Assembly: GCA_977016875.1 (NCBI GenBank)
Contig: CDRNST010000103.1
Coordinates: 1,178,001 to 1,242,000 of the forward strand
Length of the DNA: 64,000 nucleotides
Reading direction: 5' to 3'
From: Pavona decussata
Lineage: Eukaryota
The notes under the pieces are model-generated. The model was not told the origin of the DNA. It saw only the letters and a program-made list of their open reading frames with translations, and did no database searches. The position numbers and the translations under genes are program-made. Of this stretch, positions 27,422 through 41,370 are shown one piece after another (the stretch's first letter is position 1; the number at the start of each line of letters is the position of its first letter).

Positions 27422-28171
27422 TTATGCTAGCACACAGACACAAACTGTCGTTTGCATTCTCAAAGTAGTGGAGACATTTTCGTTTATGATCAGTCATTGA
27501 TGGCTTCTATTTGCACGGCATTATCGATATAGATAAGCTAGCTTTAAAGTACGAAAGTAACTCCGAAGAACATCCTGCAGTACTCAATATTTGAGTCAAC
27601 AACCAGGAGATAGATTTATAGAAACGAAAAATTTCTGTTTAATTCAAAACCATTATCAAACGATGGATAATTTTACAAACAAGCGCAGCTTATATAAATT
27701 ACAAGAATCACACGCATAATTTTGTAAAGAAATAAACAAAGCAAAGAATCCTAACAAAGTTGACGAAAGATCTATGCAAACAATGTCAATTCCTAAGAGG
27801 CTTTGATCCCAATGTTCAGGCAGGGTTTGAAAGTTTTAATATAAAGGGATTCCGAGGGATTCGTACTTTATTACTTACATTTGTCGGCAGGAAATGGTTT
27901 CTAAGCTAGCTTGCTTGCTTCATAAATGAAATGGCGCTAGCTTGCTTGCCTCAGAATTATATGGCGCCCACTAAAAAAACTGAAATAAACAAAAGAAAAA
28001 GAAGTAAAGTTACTATTTGCCGTCAATATAATTCCTTTTCATTTCGAATCTCAATGTCAACTGAATTTGAATTAAAACATCTGATAAATAGAATATTCAG
28101 TAGAAACCACTGGATTTGAAGGTGTGAAGGTGTTGACTCAAGTCTCCCGATGTCTCGAAGGCTGTGGTCAC

Positions 28172-28417
28172 CAGGACCCGGTTGTTCGAAAGCCGATTAA
28201 CGCTAATCCCCGATTAAAAGTTAATCGAGGTTTTCATCTCGCTCGATAAAAATGTTTTTTAAAGCTGATTTTAAGCTAAAGGTAAAGAAAAGTTAAAGTC
28301 AAAACTGAAGGGCAAAAATGTTTTTGGAAAAATGCTTATTGATTAGTAATTAAACTTGAATCAAAGTTCACGTTAACCCAGGATTTGCTTAATCGGGCTT
28401 TGAACAACTGGGACCAG
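28172..28417. mobile_element. MITE family A, copy 2
   Basis: TIR-like ggacccggttgttcgaaagccgattaa / ttaatcgggctttgaacaactgggacc; body shared with 9654-9907. Confidence 0.75.
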
Positions 28418-30642
28418 AGTTTTAACGTCAAATTTGCAGTTTCGACTGTCTGAATTGGATTTCTGTCGAAAAAATTAGCTTATTTTCAACTTTCTGTTAC
28501 CAATCTAAACTGAAATCTACATGTTTTCTTTTTGCTCAGGAAAGAAAGAATAACTTGTGGGAAAAAAGGTATGGAAACGAAATTAATTTTAATCTATCTA
28601 TATAATTTTGTGCGAACCTTTTTAAACAAGGTTTCGCTCGCTTATGTGGATTATTGTAGGACAGAAAGTATAACAAACTTTAAACAAAACAAAACAACAA
28701 CAAAAAAAAACTCGATGCCATAAGTATTAAAATGCCCTTAAGAATGTATGCCACAAGCCACGCGGGAGGTGGTCAAAAACGCCCCAAATCGTGCTGTTTT
28801 TGGAATTTTTTGTTTTTGGAGTTCGTAGTTGTTTATTCTTCCCTGCTATGTAATATTTTTTGTTTTCTTTTTAAATCAGAAGGGACAACTGTAATTGGTC
28901 TTAGCTGTGCTGTTTCCCCAACCATTTTTACTTTAACGTTTTTTTACTCTATATATCCTTGAAATTTGTTTCTTTGTATTCTTTTTTTTTGGAATTTGTT
29001 TTCGAATAGCAAAGCTAAATAATAAAAAACACTTGCAAAAGAAAAAAAGAATACCGTGTGTGGTTTGTTGATAGCAGCTGTTTCATTGTGTAAATTCCAG
29101 TTGCAGACAAACTAGTAGACTTTGCTCATTGTTTTGACTTTGTGTTTATTCATCGTTGGCTTGGTAATTCAGGCTTATTATCTATTAAGCGGTGATTTCT
29201 TTAGGCGTGAGATTTTGCTAAGATATGCTATGAACACAGAGTTAGTGAATCCCGATAGACGACCGCTCTTTTAAGAGAACATCGTTCACAAGAGACCATT
29301 ATTATTTTTCATCCCCTTATTTAGAAAACCACGTTTTTGAATCAAATTTGAATAAACTTGTAGAACCTCCCACAGGGGACTATCTCTGCTCCATTCATTA
29401 GGGGGGAGGGGGATGGGAGGGGTGACTCCCTTTATCCTGTAACAAATCCCCTTAAATCCCTTTACCCTAAAATTATTCTCTTAAATTTCTTGTGTCCCTA
29501 TATAGCATTTCACCCGAGTATTCCTCATGTTGAACTCTAACTGGGCTTCATCATTTCCCTTAGCAAAAATCTCTTTTCTAGTGGTCCTAGTGGAATCTCC
29601 CGGCGTAAGCAGCCGTCGCATTTAAACAAAGACTTTATTTTAGAACGTCCATCTTGGCTCTTGAGGCCGGGGACGAGGGTGTATCTTTAGTTAAATGTTC
29701 TATCAATGTCCGACACTAAATAGTGTGGTTGAAAATGTAACATGAATCATATGCATTGAGATGCAGATAGACAGCGCGTTGTTTTTGTACATTTTCCAAA
29801 AGTCAAGCAGGTGCAAGACTTACTACACTGAGTTAATAACTCTTAGCTGGAAGTTTATAATTGATTCTGTAATTTATTAAAACTGTTGTCGCAAATAGCT
29901 TATTGCTTAGTTTAAAATTGCGCCAAACGATTTTGAACTACCGTGCAATGAGTTTTGACAAGCAACGCGATCATGCAGTCATCGAAGAAGATAACAAAAT
30001 TGTATGGTCGGTAAATGTCAAAATAAGCAATAAATAAGTTTCGGTCAAGTAAATTAACTGCTGCGATTAATATTTCTCGCGCTTCAGTAGGGGGCTAGCC
30101 AAAAAGTATATTTTGTAATCTGACTTCATTGTTGGGAAGAACTGTATCCGACAAAGCTTATAATGACGAACTGAAATTTGTCTTTCCAGGGCATACCTTT
30201 CTTCACAAGGAAAGAATCTTGAAGACTCATCACAAAAGGTATTCAAAGAATAGTCCATTTAATTTAAATGGAATAGACGCTTTAGTTGGTAAGCAAAACA
30301 CAGAAATTCTTTTCAAACTGAACTTTCGCAATGAAATCCACGTAATTTTAATTTTGGAAGACGATATCAAATCAACATTTTATTACAGCCTGAAATTTTC
30401 GCAGCCTGCACAGCTCTCGAGCTGATACTTGGCATCTATTCTATTTGATTGATCCAAATCTAGAACACAGTACATTTTCTCCGCTGAATAGAGTCAGTCT
30501 TTTCTTATAAACAGGATAAACGTTTACTAGAGTTAGGGACGCAGCTAGAGATGACGAAGCTAAGTCTTCTGCTGTCGTTTATAAATACGTAATCTCTTGT
30601 TCGTTCTCTCTGATTGTTGACACTGTTGATGCACTCTTAAAT

Positions 30643-30676
<34 letters not shown>

Positions 30677-31278
30677 CGATTTTCTGTTAACTTTCGTCCC
30701 CTGTCGTTGTCGTTGTCCAGTTGGCGAAACAGACGAAACTGAAACTAGCTCTAGCCTTTGACCAGGTACTCTCTCGTCCTCCCTCGGTGCAAACGGTAAC
30801 CTCTCTATACCGGAATTCCTGTGTAAAATATCTGCTGAATTGAAAAGAAAGTTCTCACATAAATTTCTGATGCAAGCTTATCAGTAAACATGCCTTGAGG
30901 GAAATATCGTTCTTTTATATATAGTTTCAGTTAACATGCAGCCTGAAAATATTAAAAACAGCATATACAGTGTTACATAATTTATAATTGTTGGCTCTTG
31001 TTACATAAATTACCTTAAAAGCACTGCAGGAATTTTGCGTCAGTTTAAATATGACGCATTTCCAGTTCATGTTAATGTAAGCAAAGTTCCGCGAGTTGGA
31101 GCACTGAGAAACGGGTCTATTTGCTGGATGAGTTCCTCTTTTTAAAATATTTTTGCAGTAAGTGACGAGCTTTTATGAGGAAAAAATAAATTTAGTTTTT
31201 ATGTCAGGGTAACAGCAGTTGAATTGTCTGAATTAGTAAACGAACGCGAGCAAAATAATTTTTTTGAAACTCAGTCTG

Positions 31279-31511
31279 CATGAGCGCGCCGGGAAACAAT
31301 TATTCTGCGTGTCACAATGGGGTAAATGTTATACAGCTAAACTGTATACTATGTAAAGCTTCCTTTTAAGCTTCCTTTTATACTTGTCTCAAATGAGCAT
31401 GAGCCGGGAAACAATTATTCTGCGTGTCACAATGGGGTAAATGTTAAAAAAACTGAACTGTATACTATTTAAAGGTTCCTTTTAAGCTTCCTTTTATACC
31501 TGTCTCAAATG
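31279..31511. repeat. ~118-bp tandem duplication
   Basis: gccgggaaacaattattctgcgtgtcacaatggggtaaatgtta ... tgtctcaaatga twice. Confidence 0.85.
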
Positions 31512-31637
31512 ATCTGCCTCTTTTTAGTACAAATAAGCAGTAACAAAATATTTGCAGTAAAAACTACGGTAGAAAAAAACGTAGAACTCTCTGTTGGCAT
31601 ACGTATTATTGGTAGGTGGCGCACTGATTTTAGGTTT

Positions 31638-31814
31638 AATAGGCCATTTCCAAGTTGGTGTGAACCTCACTATGAAAGCAAGGCTAAGTGCAAAACTTTT
31701 CACATGAAAATTAGTTTTGTTTGCATATGAATGAAAACTAATTTTCATAACAAAAACTTTGCACTTAACCTCGCTTTCATAATGAGGTTCAAAGCAACTT
31801 GGAAATGGTCTATT
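31638..31814. mobile_element. Palindromic MITE family B, copy 1
   Basis: Whole element is a fold-back: aggccatttccaagttg...caacttggaaatggtct. Confidence 0.8.
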
Positions 31815-34800
31815 TCCCAGTTAGGCTAGTCATCCCTGAAGGAGTTCTCTGATATGTAATTTTTTTCCTCAACGCGCTCGGCACGTGACTATTTTGCCAA
31901 TCTTTCTTTTGTAAAAGAACGTACTGCGATGTACGTTATTATTTTGCTATTCTTGTGTTCCTCTTTGCCTACGGAATTCCCGCCGAGATATCAATAAAGC
32001 GAAGGAGACAGATGTTTAAAAATTGTATATGCGAACGAAACTTATGCTTTCAAATAAATTCCAATTAAAGAAAGCCCCATTCGAGATACTCCAATATTCA
32101 AAGGATGAATTTGTTGTCCAAAATCGCTGCTAATTGTTTTTGTGTTATTCGTTTAAAGATTAAGTGAACTGAGCATTTACCCAGAATATTGAGTTTGTTT
32201 CGTAATCGACGCATTACGGTAAGTTTGCTAGGCAGCAGATATTTTCTAAGTGAAATATTCTTATGAAAGTGTTGTCTTATAGTTCTTAAAATGATGTAAG
32301 TTGAAACTGTTTCCCTTTTCTGGATCAAAATGCTTGATGTTACCAACCAGTTGTTAATTTGGACATTTTATCACGTGGATTTGAGAAGCTAGGGTCACGT
32401 GACCGTGTTTTACTATCGCAGTTCAGAGAGGTTATGGTAATCCTGTGTTTTGAACCAGACGTCGCGATCCTGAGCAGGGAACTTTTCAAGTAATATAAAC
32501 ATTATTCGTTTAGCTTTAAGTCCATGGTGTTCAATGGGCCGCATTAAATAACCATTACAATTCCCTTAAACCCCATGCAGTTCCTTTTGGCACTCACATC
32601 TCGAGGCGAGTGCACGCAAAGCATTGGTCATTTGTTAATGTTATTCCGCTCCTGGACGATTGAAACAGTTGAATCTTCTTTGGGACGAGTGATATTTACG
32701 TCTGTCTTTATCGTCCTTGCTCTTTGTCAATTCGATGGAAAATACCATCAACACATGCAAGAGTAAAACAAAAGCTCAAATGGTAAGTTGTAAAAGATTT
32801 GGTCTACGAGATTTTACTGAAAGAAATCAATTCAAACTGCAGCTCAAATTTGAACTCCGCCACTGATGAATAATTAACGAACATTGTTTACTTTTTCGTA
32901 ATATTTTTACTTGCATACATTTCACTCACAGAATTCTTTCGTTAACCAAAAAGGAAAAAAAAAAAAAAATTGGCGGCCGACCATGAACATATCGTTTAAA
33001 AATATCGCTGTTGTTATTATGTATGCCCGTGTCATTGACTAAATAATACATCACTGTCAACTAAAAACTATCATTCTAAACTTGGCGGCAAATTCGATAG
33101 GCCTGCCTCAGTATTTAACTCGTATTTTTAGTGTTTTTTCCAAACTTTGGTATTCGTTCATTGCTTTCATGAATAAATTCTGTTGTCCAGTAGAAAAATT
33201 GGGCGTCTGAACTGGGCTTTTAATGTGTGAGTATGCTTGTCAGACGAGTTTTGCCGGTAACACGTATCAGTATTGTTGCTTCGAATCGCGATTGTGTAGA
33301 CCTAAGCCGGCTCTGTGTTTTGTATAGTATTTAAATATAGATAATCACAAAATGTGCATTAAATATGCACACTTTAGCTATAATTCTCTACAACTGAAGA
33401 TTTGATCAACGCAAATGCCTTTCGTTGGTTAGCATTAACGTATTATTTTGTCTGCCGCTAAAAAGCGAGCGAAATCAATTGCGCCAATATCACGTATAAA
33501 GTGCTCTTGGGAGAAAATATAATATTCTTAAGATGAAAACGTTCTGTGAGAGATTTTAAAATCTTTTTATCTTTTCTGTTAGTTAACATCACGATGAACG
33601 AAAAGGAAGTGTATATTATATGAATATTTTGACTAGACTTCGTCTACATCGTTGATATTTTAAAAGATTTTTCATTTAAAGTCAACCAGTACGGGCAGGT
33701 GCATTTGCCCCTAATTTTTGTCTTAATAACATTTGTTTTGTCCTTGTAGTATCGAGACATGGCTAAGCGTAGATACTCAATGAGGTTAAAGAAAACTGAT
33801 AAACAAGCGAAGGACATGTAATGGGAAGAATAAATGTTTCCAAATCTGAGTGTATCGTTTGCATAAAATTCATGATTGGTGGTCCGTGTTACCGATATTC
33901 ACACTTAAGAGAAATTAGCAGAGTTTCGTCAAGGTGAATGTTTGTCTTTACAGCTCTTTTAATACTTTCGAGCTGCCTTGGTCTTCAGTCACAATGAATG
34001 GTACAATTCTTCCTATTTTCAAGACAGAACAACTTGCAATAAAACGTATCAGAGTTATGGCGATTTTAACCTTTTAAAATTCTAGTCAGTTAGGTATTGT
34101 CTCCAAAAAACAAAGAACTTGGTGTCAAGGCTGCTTTAAATTTAATAATTGCGGGAAGCAGTTCGCAAATAGGTACTTAATTTTTTTTTCTTGAGATATT
34201 TTTAAAAGGAATAAGACTGAGCTTCCAGTTGCTCTGGAAAAAGACGAATCGCTGGCTACTATACTGTGAATCACGCCTCCACGTGTTTTAGTTTGTAATA
34301 AAGGAACTTATTTTCCTACCTTTGTGAAATAAATATGCGTTTTCGTTGTTAATTATGAAGTATTTGCGTCACTGCAGTGCGAACATGGCGCGTGGATTCA
34401 CTTAGTCGGATAGCCTACTAAGGACTCAAAGCCGTACTCATTACAGACTGAATAAGAATATATCATTATAGTCATAATAGACCCAATCAAACAAATGGTT
34501 TCTAAATTCTCGTACACTGGGAAAAATTCCAACATTAATTGAAGGATGTAGCTATCTACTTCCTTTGTTGTAATCGTTCGAAATCCTGTTTAAACCAAAT
34601 AAGGTATTCCGCCCTCACCTCTGAGTACAGTAGTATGACGTTAATTGCATGTACGTAAATCTCCTCCTTTAGACCCACAGCATGGGCTGATGAAGTCAAA
34701 TGAAGCGGGCATGATTTTTTGATATCCAAACAGCGGATAGTTTGGTTTTCTTCAATTTTTACACGTCTGAAAACCACAAAGTTGACCAAAGAATAAACAA

Positions 34801-35056
34801 AACCAATAAAAAATACTAAAACGATCTGATGACAAAGGGGTAAAAGATGGTTGCCATCGTTATGGCCAACCAGGAAGTTATACTTCCACCGGCTTTTTGT
34901 TTTTTGGATCAGACTTCCAAGTTCAATGTGTGCGTGAAGGGGGAGAGGAGTGAGAGGGATTAAGCTAAACATCAAACTTTTAGAACGGTGAATGGTCGTT
35001 ATTTAACCCCACCTTTTAAAACGGGGGCATAGATTTTGGACGATTATTACTTTTAA

Positions 35057-35426
35057 TAGGGACCTTAAGCAGAGACGACGACGACGACGACGAAAGACGA
35101 AACTTAAAAAATTACCTTCGCATCTGCTGAATAAATTCGCGATGATTTATATTCTCTCAATTTGTGCAATGTAGCCGAACTATCGAGGAGCTAACGTCTT
35201 AGGGGCACCTTTAGAGTTCAGAAAGAGAAAGGAAAATTAATCATCATGCGTTCACGTTCTCCATAAAACCTTAAATTTGGTCATTTCACGTTGTTGTTTT
35301 GCAGAGGACGACAAAGAAATGTACCAAAGTGTATAACGCATGTGCAGAGCCAGTGTTTTGCTAATTAAAACTATTGTTTTCTGACGTTCTTGTTGACGTC
35401 GTCGTCGTCGCTGCTTAAGGTCCCTA
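35057..35426. mobile_element. MITE with (GAC)n subterminal repeats
   Basis: TIR tagggaccttaagcag / ctgcttaaggtcccta with inverted gacgac tracts. Confidence 0.8.
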
Positions 35427-35683
35427 ATATCCCAACGAGGCCACCAATAGTCTGGGAACAGCCGGTGTGACATGCCAATTTTGGGGAATTTTGCATTCGA
35501 AAAGCTTCGACAATTCTTTATTTACTGCCGAATGCCACTTCGTGTTGGCGTAGTGAGTTATGAGCAAAAATGTAAGAAGCTATCGTGATAGAGAGTTTGC
35601 ATCAAGGATACATGTCTTTACATGGACGTCTTAAATTTAATACTCAACTCAGACTGAGTTGTCCCTGATGAAGGCAGCATCAC

Positions 35684-35771
35684 TAGCCTCCAACGCAGAC
35701 GTCCTTTGTTAGGGGTTCGTCAGGGGAGGAAACGCGTGACGAACCCCTAAGGACGTCTGCGTGGGAGACTA
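35684..35771. mobile_element. Short hairpin MITE
   Basis: tagcctccaacgcagacgtcctt...aggggttcgtca / tgacgaacccctaaggacgtctgcgtgggagacta; CATCAC repeated on both flanks. Confidence 0.7.
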
Positions 35772-36979
35772 CTCCATCACTGAAACGTCGGAATTTTAAT
35801 CAGCAAGGAATTTTTTTTTTTAAAGAACGTGATATTTGCCTGAAAAAAAATTATTTCCAATCCGATGACTGCACATCAATAACTCTATTACAAGGAGTCT
35901 TCCTTTTGGTTCAACCGCGCGTTAAAACAACGTTCGAAGTTCATACACGTGACTACACATTTTATCTGCTTGGAAAATGTATCAGGTATAACTTCTTTGA
36001 AATTTCCAGAATGGCTAACGCAAACTTCTGTTGGTCACAACTTTTTAATTAAAAACAGTCAATTAGCTATACCACTGGTAAAGACTTCCGCACAGCCCCA
36101 GCATTAATTATACATACACCACTCTTCGAAAAACGGCGAGTGTGAATAGAGTTTGAGTCGCAAAATGTATTCATTATTTATGTGTTGGGCTGTGCGGAAA
36201 TCTTGCCCACCACTGCCAGTGAAGATTTTAAGAGATTTGAGAACTGGCCTAGGGCAGACGAAGGGAACATGTGTATATTATTTCGAGTTATGCTAAAGCT
36301 TTGTTGGTAATTTGAATATTTAGAGGGGGACCTGTGAGTAAATTAACATAAGTTAAAGTCTTATTAACCACTCCGCTCATTTAATTTTATAAGATATAAC
36401 ACTCAAAGAGAAAACGTTTTTTATCGTTTTTCTTATGAAAAACCAACAATGATTCGAAGGAGCTTTGGAATGTGGAATTTTCTCTCTCCTGCTTATACCA
36501 CTACTGCGAATCTTTGATCTCGCACCAGGTGTCGTTATATTGAAAACTGTTTTGACAGTTTATTTCAAAATGGTTAATTCAATAATTACTTGAACTTAGG
36601 ACCAATCATTGCTTTGATCGTTGCTAGGGGAATGGCGGTACTTTGTCAACTTGACGTGACTACGATCATAATCATGACGCATCATTGTTTGCATAATTAT
36701 CACATGCGTTCTCCTCACTAGGTAAATCAGTTTGCCAATGTTCACGGGCTAGAAGGTCGTGCTGTTGCTGCTTGAATCTATCTTTGTTAAAACAGTAAGT
36801 ATACTCCAAATAACTAATAATAGCCAGTGATCGAAAGTATCCTGTCTCTCTCTCTATCTAAAGTATATTTATTTATCCAGTTTGGTTACTCAGTATAAAC
36901 CCAATATCAGCCCTTGGGCTTAAAATCGTTCAAAGATCTTGCTAAGGGCTAGCTTATTTTCGGTGAGGGCTTGTTGTCT

Positions 36980-37406
36980 GGAGGGCTTAATATTGGAATG
37001 GGGAGAGAATTTTGCTTTTTAAAATAAGTTGGACTTGGGAATAAATATTGCTTAATACAACATGAAGCATTGCACTTACAAGTTAAAACAGCCAAACCCC
37101 CAGAGCTGATGGGCTTAACTTCTGGTGGGCTTTATTATCGGAGGGAAATAAATGGAGAGAATTTATCGTTATAAAATTAGTTGGGCTTGGGAATAAATAC
37201 AACTTAAGACAACATGAAGCACTGCACTACAAACTAAAAATAGCCAAACCTCCAGAACTGATCGGCTTAAATTCTGGCGGGCTTTATTATCGGTGGGAAA
37301 TAAATGGAGAGAAATTAGCGTTCAATGTTAAAATTGGTTGTGGGAATAAATACAACTTAAGGCAACATGAAGCACTGCTAACTTAAAATAGCCAAACCTC
37401 CAGAGG
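36980..37406. repeat. ~152-bp unit x ~3
   Basis: gggaataaata...caacatgaagca...agccaaacc at 37037, 37189 and 37342. Confidence 0.8.
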
Positions 37407-39081
37407 AAATATACATTGGGAATTTTACCTACGGGGACGCTTTCATTGCATTTCGAAATTAAGGTTCATCAGAGGTAAAACGTGATGCAATTCATTTTTA
37501 TCATTGAATTATTCACAACCTTGTCCCGATAATTGAATTATTTTAACTTTTACGAGCTTCCATTCACTTCCTTCGAGATCAGATATCGATGTTAATGAAG
37601 TAAATAAAAAATAAGCTTTTTATCCTTCGTCGTATCAGTGTCATGCAAGGATATATTTTCAACGATGCTGAAAGCTTAAGAATGACCTCTTCTGATTTCA
37701 TCCCCATAAAATTGCTTTGAAAAACGACATTAATAAATTTACGCCGAGTTCGTGAACAAATTTACAAGGCATTAAAACAAACCTGTGGAAAACAAACCAT
37801 CACAAATCATTTGTTGAACATTTTACTTGGGGTGTTTGGTATTCAATTTTAATATTTCTTTAAGCATCAATGTAACAGACGTCGGACAGGAAGCTTTTAG
37901 TTTAGTTTTCTTGTTGCAGACGGGCTTGACTGCAAAAAAAATAAGCTATTTGTCTTATCAATTAAATTCCTAAAAAATAAGAGGTTAAAAAAGTGGAGGT
38001 GAGAGCAGTAAAAAAAAAAAAAAAAAAAATACGCGCAAAAATTAACCCTTCGTAACGTTTCGGGAACAAATCTAATCTTCCATTACTATCTTCAATTTCG
38101 ATCCAGAAAAGCGGATTATCCCCTGAAACGTTTGTGAACTGAGATGCAAATTGCCCGGAAACTGATAAGCCCTTTCTTCGTGTCATAAAACCATTTAAAT
38201 TGTTTCTTATTATTTCATGCTTCCATCATATGTGCCTTCCAGACAGGAGTGCCCGGCGTCCAGAGGTTTCCCAACTAATAACGAAAAAAAAAGGGAAAAT
38301 AGAAAATTTCGTGTCTTTAAAATTACAACAACATTTATTTACGACACAACTGTAAACATCAAAAGAGTTTAATTAAAAAACTACTCAGAAACAAGTATGA
38401 AAATTAGAAACATCACACTGACATTAATAGTTTTTCAACCACAAAATTTTGACATTTCAATTAGGGTGTTCGGTATTCAATTTCACGTCTCTGCAATTTG
38501 TACCTGATAAATTTTTAGTTTGTTCAAAAAAGCTGCTACAAGTTACGTTATTAATTAACACAGCAATTAACCTGGAAAACATTCAAAAAATGGAAAGTAG
38601 ATTGCTTACGCTCTGATACAAACACTCCTTGCGTGCAACAAAGGTGATAATTAATGCAACCAGAACATAGATAATTAAACCCCTTTTACACTACTGATAG
38701 AAGAAATCGGCTAGGCAACTAAGCATTAATTTTGGCAAGGGTAATTTTCAGTTCTAGTAACGCAAGGATAAATTGTGGCGTGTAAACTGTGTAATAATCC
38801 TGCCGTGCCTTGACGATGCATGATTTGTTTTGGGACCAATTCCGGACGTTGCCGGTTTTTTTTTTTTACTGAAACTGGTTAGCAACGGTGACGAGTGGCA
38901 CCTTAGTATTTGGCGGAGTCTGTACGCCCTCCAACTCAACTCCGTGACGTTTATCGATGGTTGTGCACATGAGTGATACAGTGTATGCTTTAAGTAAGTT
39001 GTTTCAAAATATTGACCGAGCGGACATGTAGGGATAAATATGCGTATTTATTATCTTACAGACATGGGTATCCGCACCAAC

Positions 39082-39210
39082 AGAGTGTTCACGGCGGCCA
39101 TGTTGGAGGAGCGAAGTACAATAATAATTCCTTTGGGAAATAAATTTTATTTTTATGCAAATATTTTTTATTTTTTGGCCCTTCCAACATGGCCGCCATG
39201 AAAACACTAT
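39082..39210. mobile_element. Small MITE
   Basis: Inverted ends agtgttcacggcggccatgttggagg / ccttccaacatggccgccatgaaaacact. Confidence 0.65.
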
Positions 39211-39404
39211 CAGTAACTTTTTTTCTTTGATTTTAAGATTCTTACTACCTTTTCGTTCTTTATTAGCTCTCCACTGGGTTGTTGTTTTTGTCTACAATGA
39301 CTTTCAAGTTTACACAAATGCGTATACTTTTTATCGAACGGAGTGGATAAAAAATTCAACAGAACTGGTGACAGTTTGGACTTCATCGCTGTTGTCCTTA
39401 TTAA

Positions 39405-39980
39405 AGTGCCTATGAAGCGAAAATTGTCTTTGGTAGTTATAAAATTTACCCTTTCAAACACGGGATTTCAAAGTTTGAGATTGCTGGGGTAAAAATTGCC
39501 GATTTTGTGAGCGCTCAAAGTTGGGCTATTTTGCCTTCAAAAATGGTATTCGAATCGCGCAGCCAAAATGCCACATGACAATAACCGCTGACGTCACGTT
39601 GGTGCCAAGAATTGCAATTCATCATGGCGGAAGAGAAGAAAGCCAAGCGACATTGCGTTGCTGGCGTCCGTAACAAAGAGAGTTGCCAGAATCGATCGTT
39701 CACAGAATCGCTAGACATGCTTTTCTCTTTCTACAATCCTTTTCGGCGGCAAGAACGGAATGAAAGTAAACAAACTTTTGGCACCAACGTGACGTCACAA
39801 CTTGGAATTCAGCATAAAACTCGACCCAGTCCTCTGAACATTTTAGAAAGCAAAATAGCTCAACTTTGAGCGTTTGTAAAATCTACAAGTTTTACCCCAG
39901 TACTCTAAAACTTCGGAATCGTATATGTTAAAGTGCAAATTTTATAACTACACAAAAACAATTTTCGCTTCATAGGCACT
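39405..39980. mobile_element. Non-autonomous Kolobok-type DNA transposon derivative
   Basis: TTAA on both sides; termini agtgcctatgaagcgaaaat...attttcgcttcataggcact; imperfect inverted arms of ~200 bp; internal MAEEKKAKRHCVAG...SCQN. Confidence 0.75.
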
Positions 39981-40779
39981 TTAATTGCGCGCGCTCACTT
40001 TCAAATTATCATCCTTCGTTCTAACACAACCGGTAGGCGTCTGTAAACTATCCTTGCCTCTCATTCCAAAAAGTTAACTCACCCTGCATGGTATTCGTAC
40101 TTACCAAGCCTGGTTTGCTGTAGTGTCAATGGGCTTTAAGATCCACAGATATGAAGGAGCTATCTTCAGCCTTGCCCTTACCATGTGTATTTATTTTCTT
40201 ATCTGGCTCATACGTTGCGGTTTAGTCGCGTTCAATACAATCCAATTTGTCATCCGTTTCTCATACGGTAGTTACGTTTGTGCTTGGTGGAGTGAATTAC
40301 TACGATTTTACCAGTTTTTCTTGTCCAAGCTCTGAAAATGTAGAAAATCACAGTCACTCATCTCACCATAATTGTACAACAACAATATGTTGAGAGGTGA
40401 GTGGCCCACGAGGGCGATCAGAGAGCAGATTCCATTCTTATCTTTGCACTGGAATTGTGTGTGTACTTGACTGAAATACTGACCTACAAATATAAGCGCA
40501 TTTTAAATTACCTGTTTTTCTTGATAATTATTGCCTTAACAAGATTAAAATTCTAATTATAGCACTGTATGGAAGTTTTACGAGGCCTGTTATTAGTGAT
40601 AATAAAAACCATAGAAAACAGAAGGATTTAAAACTACACCTAATATAATTTTCTTTTAGTTTGTGTCATCTTAAACTTAACACTAAAATTTAACTTGTTT
40701 GTGATAACGAGCCACTTACCTTCAACATAGTTAGCTGAGCCACAGTCAATTCTTCCCGACAACATTTATATTGCTGTTA

Positions 40780-41370
40780 CTATAACAATAATTACTGTTA
40801 GCTTCTTAGATATGCTAAGGTCTTCCTTTTTTTCAGGTTTCCATAATTTGTCCGTTTATAAGTAATGTGTATATTTGATGCTGATCGTGTATTGTACGTA
40901 TGAATTTTATCATTTGTTGTGAAATAGTCTTTGTAGAACATTGGTAAGCTGTCATGAAAATACGAGTACATGAATAGAGCTGTGAAAAATAAGTTCAGTT
41001 GATATATATTTAATAACTAAGTGAAGTGATAATTGGTCCGGTTTCTTTTCTGTATTTAGAGATGATTAGTCTCACTATTTTCTTTTGTATCATATAAATA
41101 GGTTTGAGTCTAGTTGGATATATGTTTGTCCATACCGTATTACAGTATATTAGATAAATCATAGTGTAATATATGTTTCGTCAGTAAAGTTTTTAGGGGT
41201 AAATAATGTCTGGCCTTAGCAATTATTGTTACATGATTTGTGGTATTTTCAAGAGAGTTCTTCATCAATGAACAACCCTAAAACTTTTGTATATTTTACT
41301 TGTTCAATTTGTTATCCATCAATTGTCATTGACATTCGCTGAGAAAACGTCCTATTTTTAGTTTTGGTTC
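40780..41370 (-). mobile_element. Degenerate LINE RT C-terminal fragment (CR1/L2-like)
   Basis: Minus strand reads ...IDG*QIEQVKYTKVLGLFIDEELS...YCNTVW, resembling the KFLGxxIDxxLSW...YCxxVW motif, with stops. Confidence 0.6.

Noticed and set aside
34556-34975. 139-aa ORF
   Set aside because: Non-ATG start, no recognisable motif, no supporting splice structure.
37435-37475. Third CTGATGA...GAAA hammerhead-like match on minus strand
   Set aside because: Stems I and II cannot be formed convincingly.
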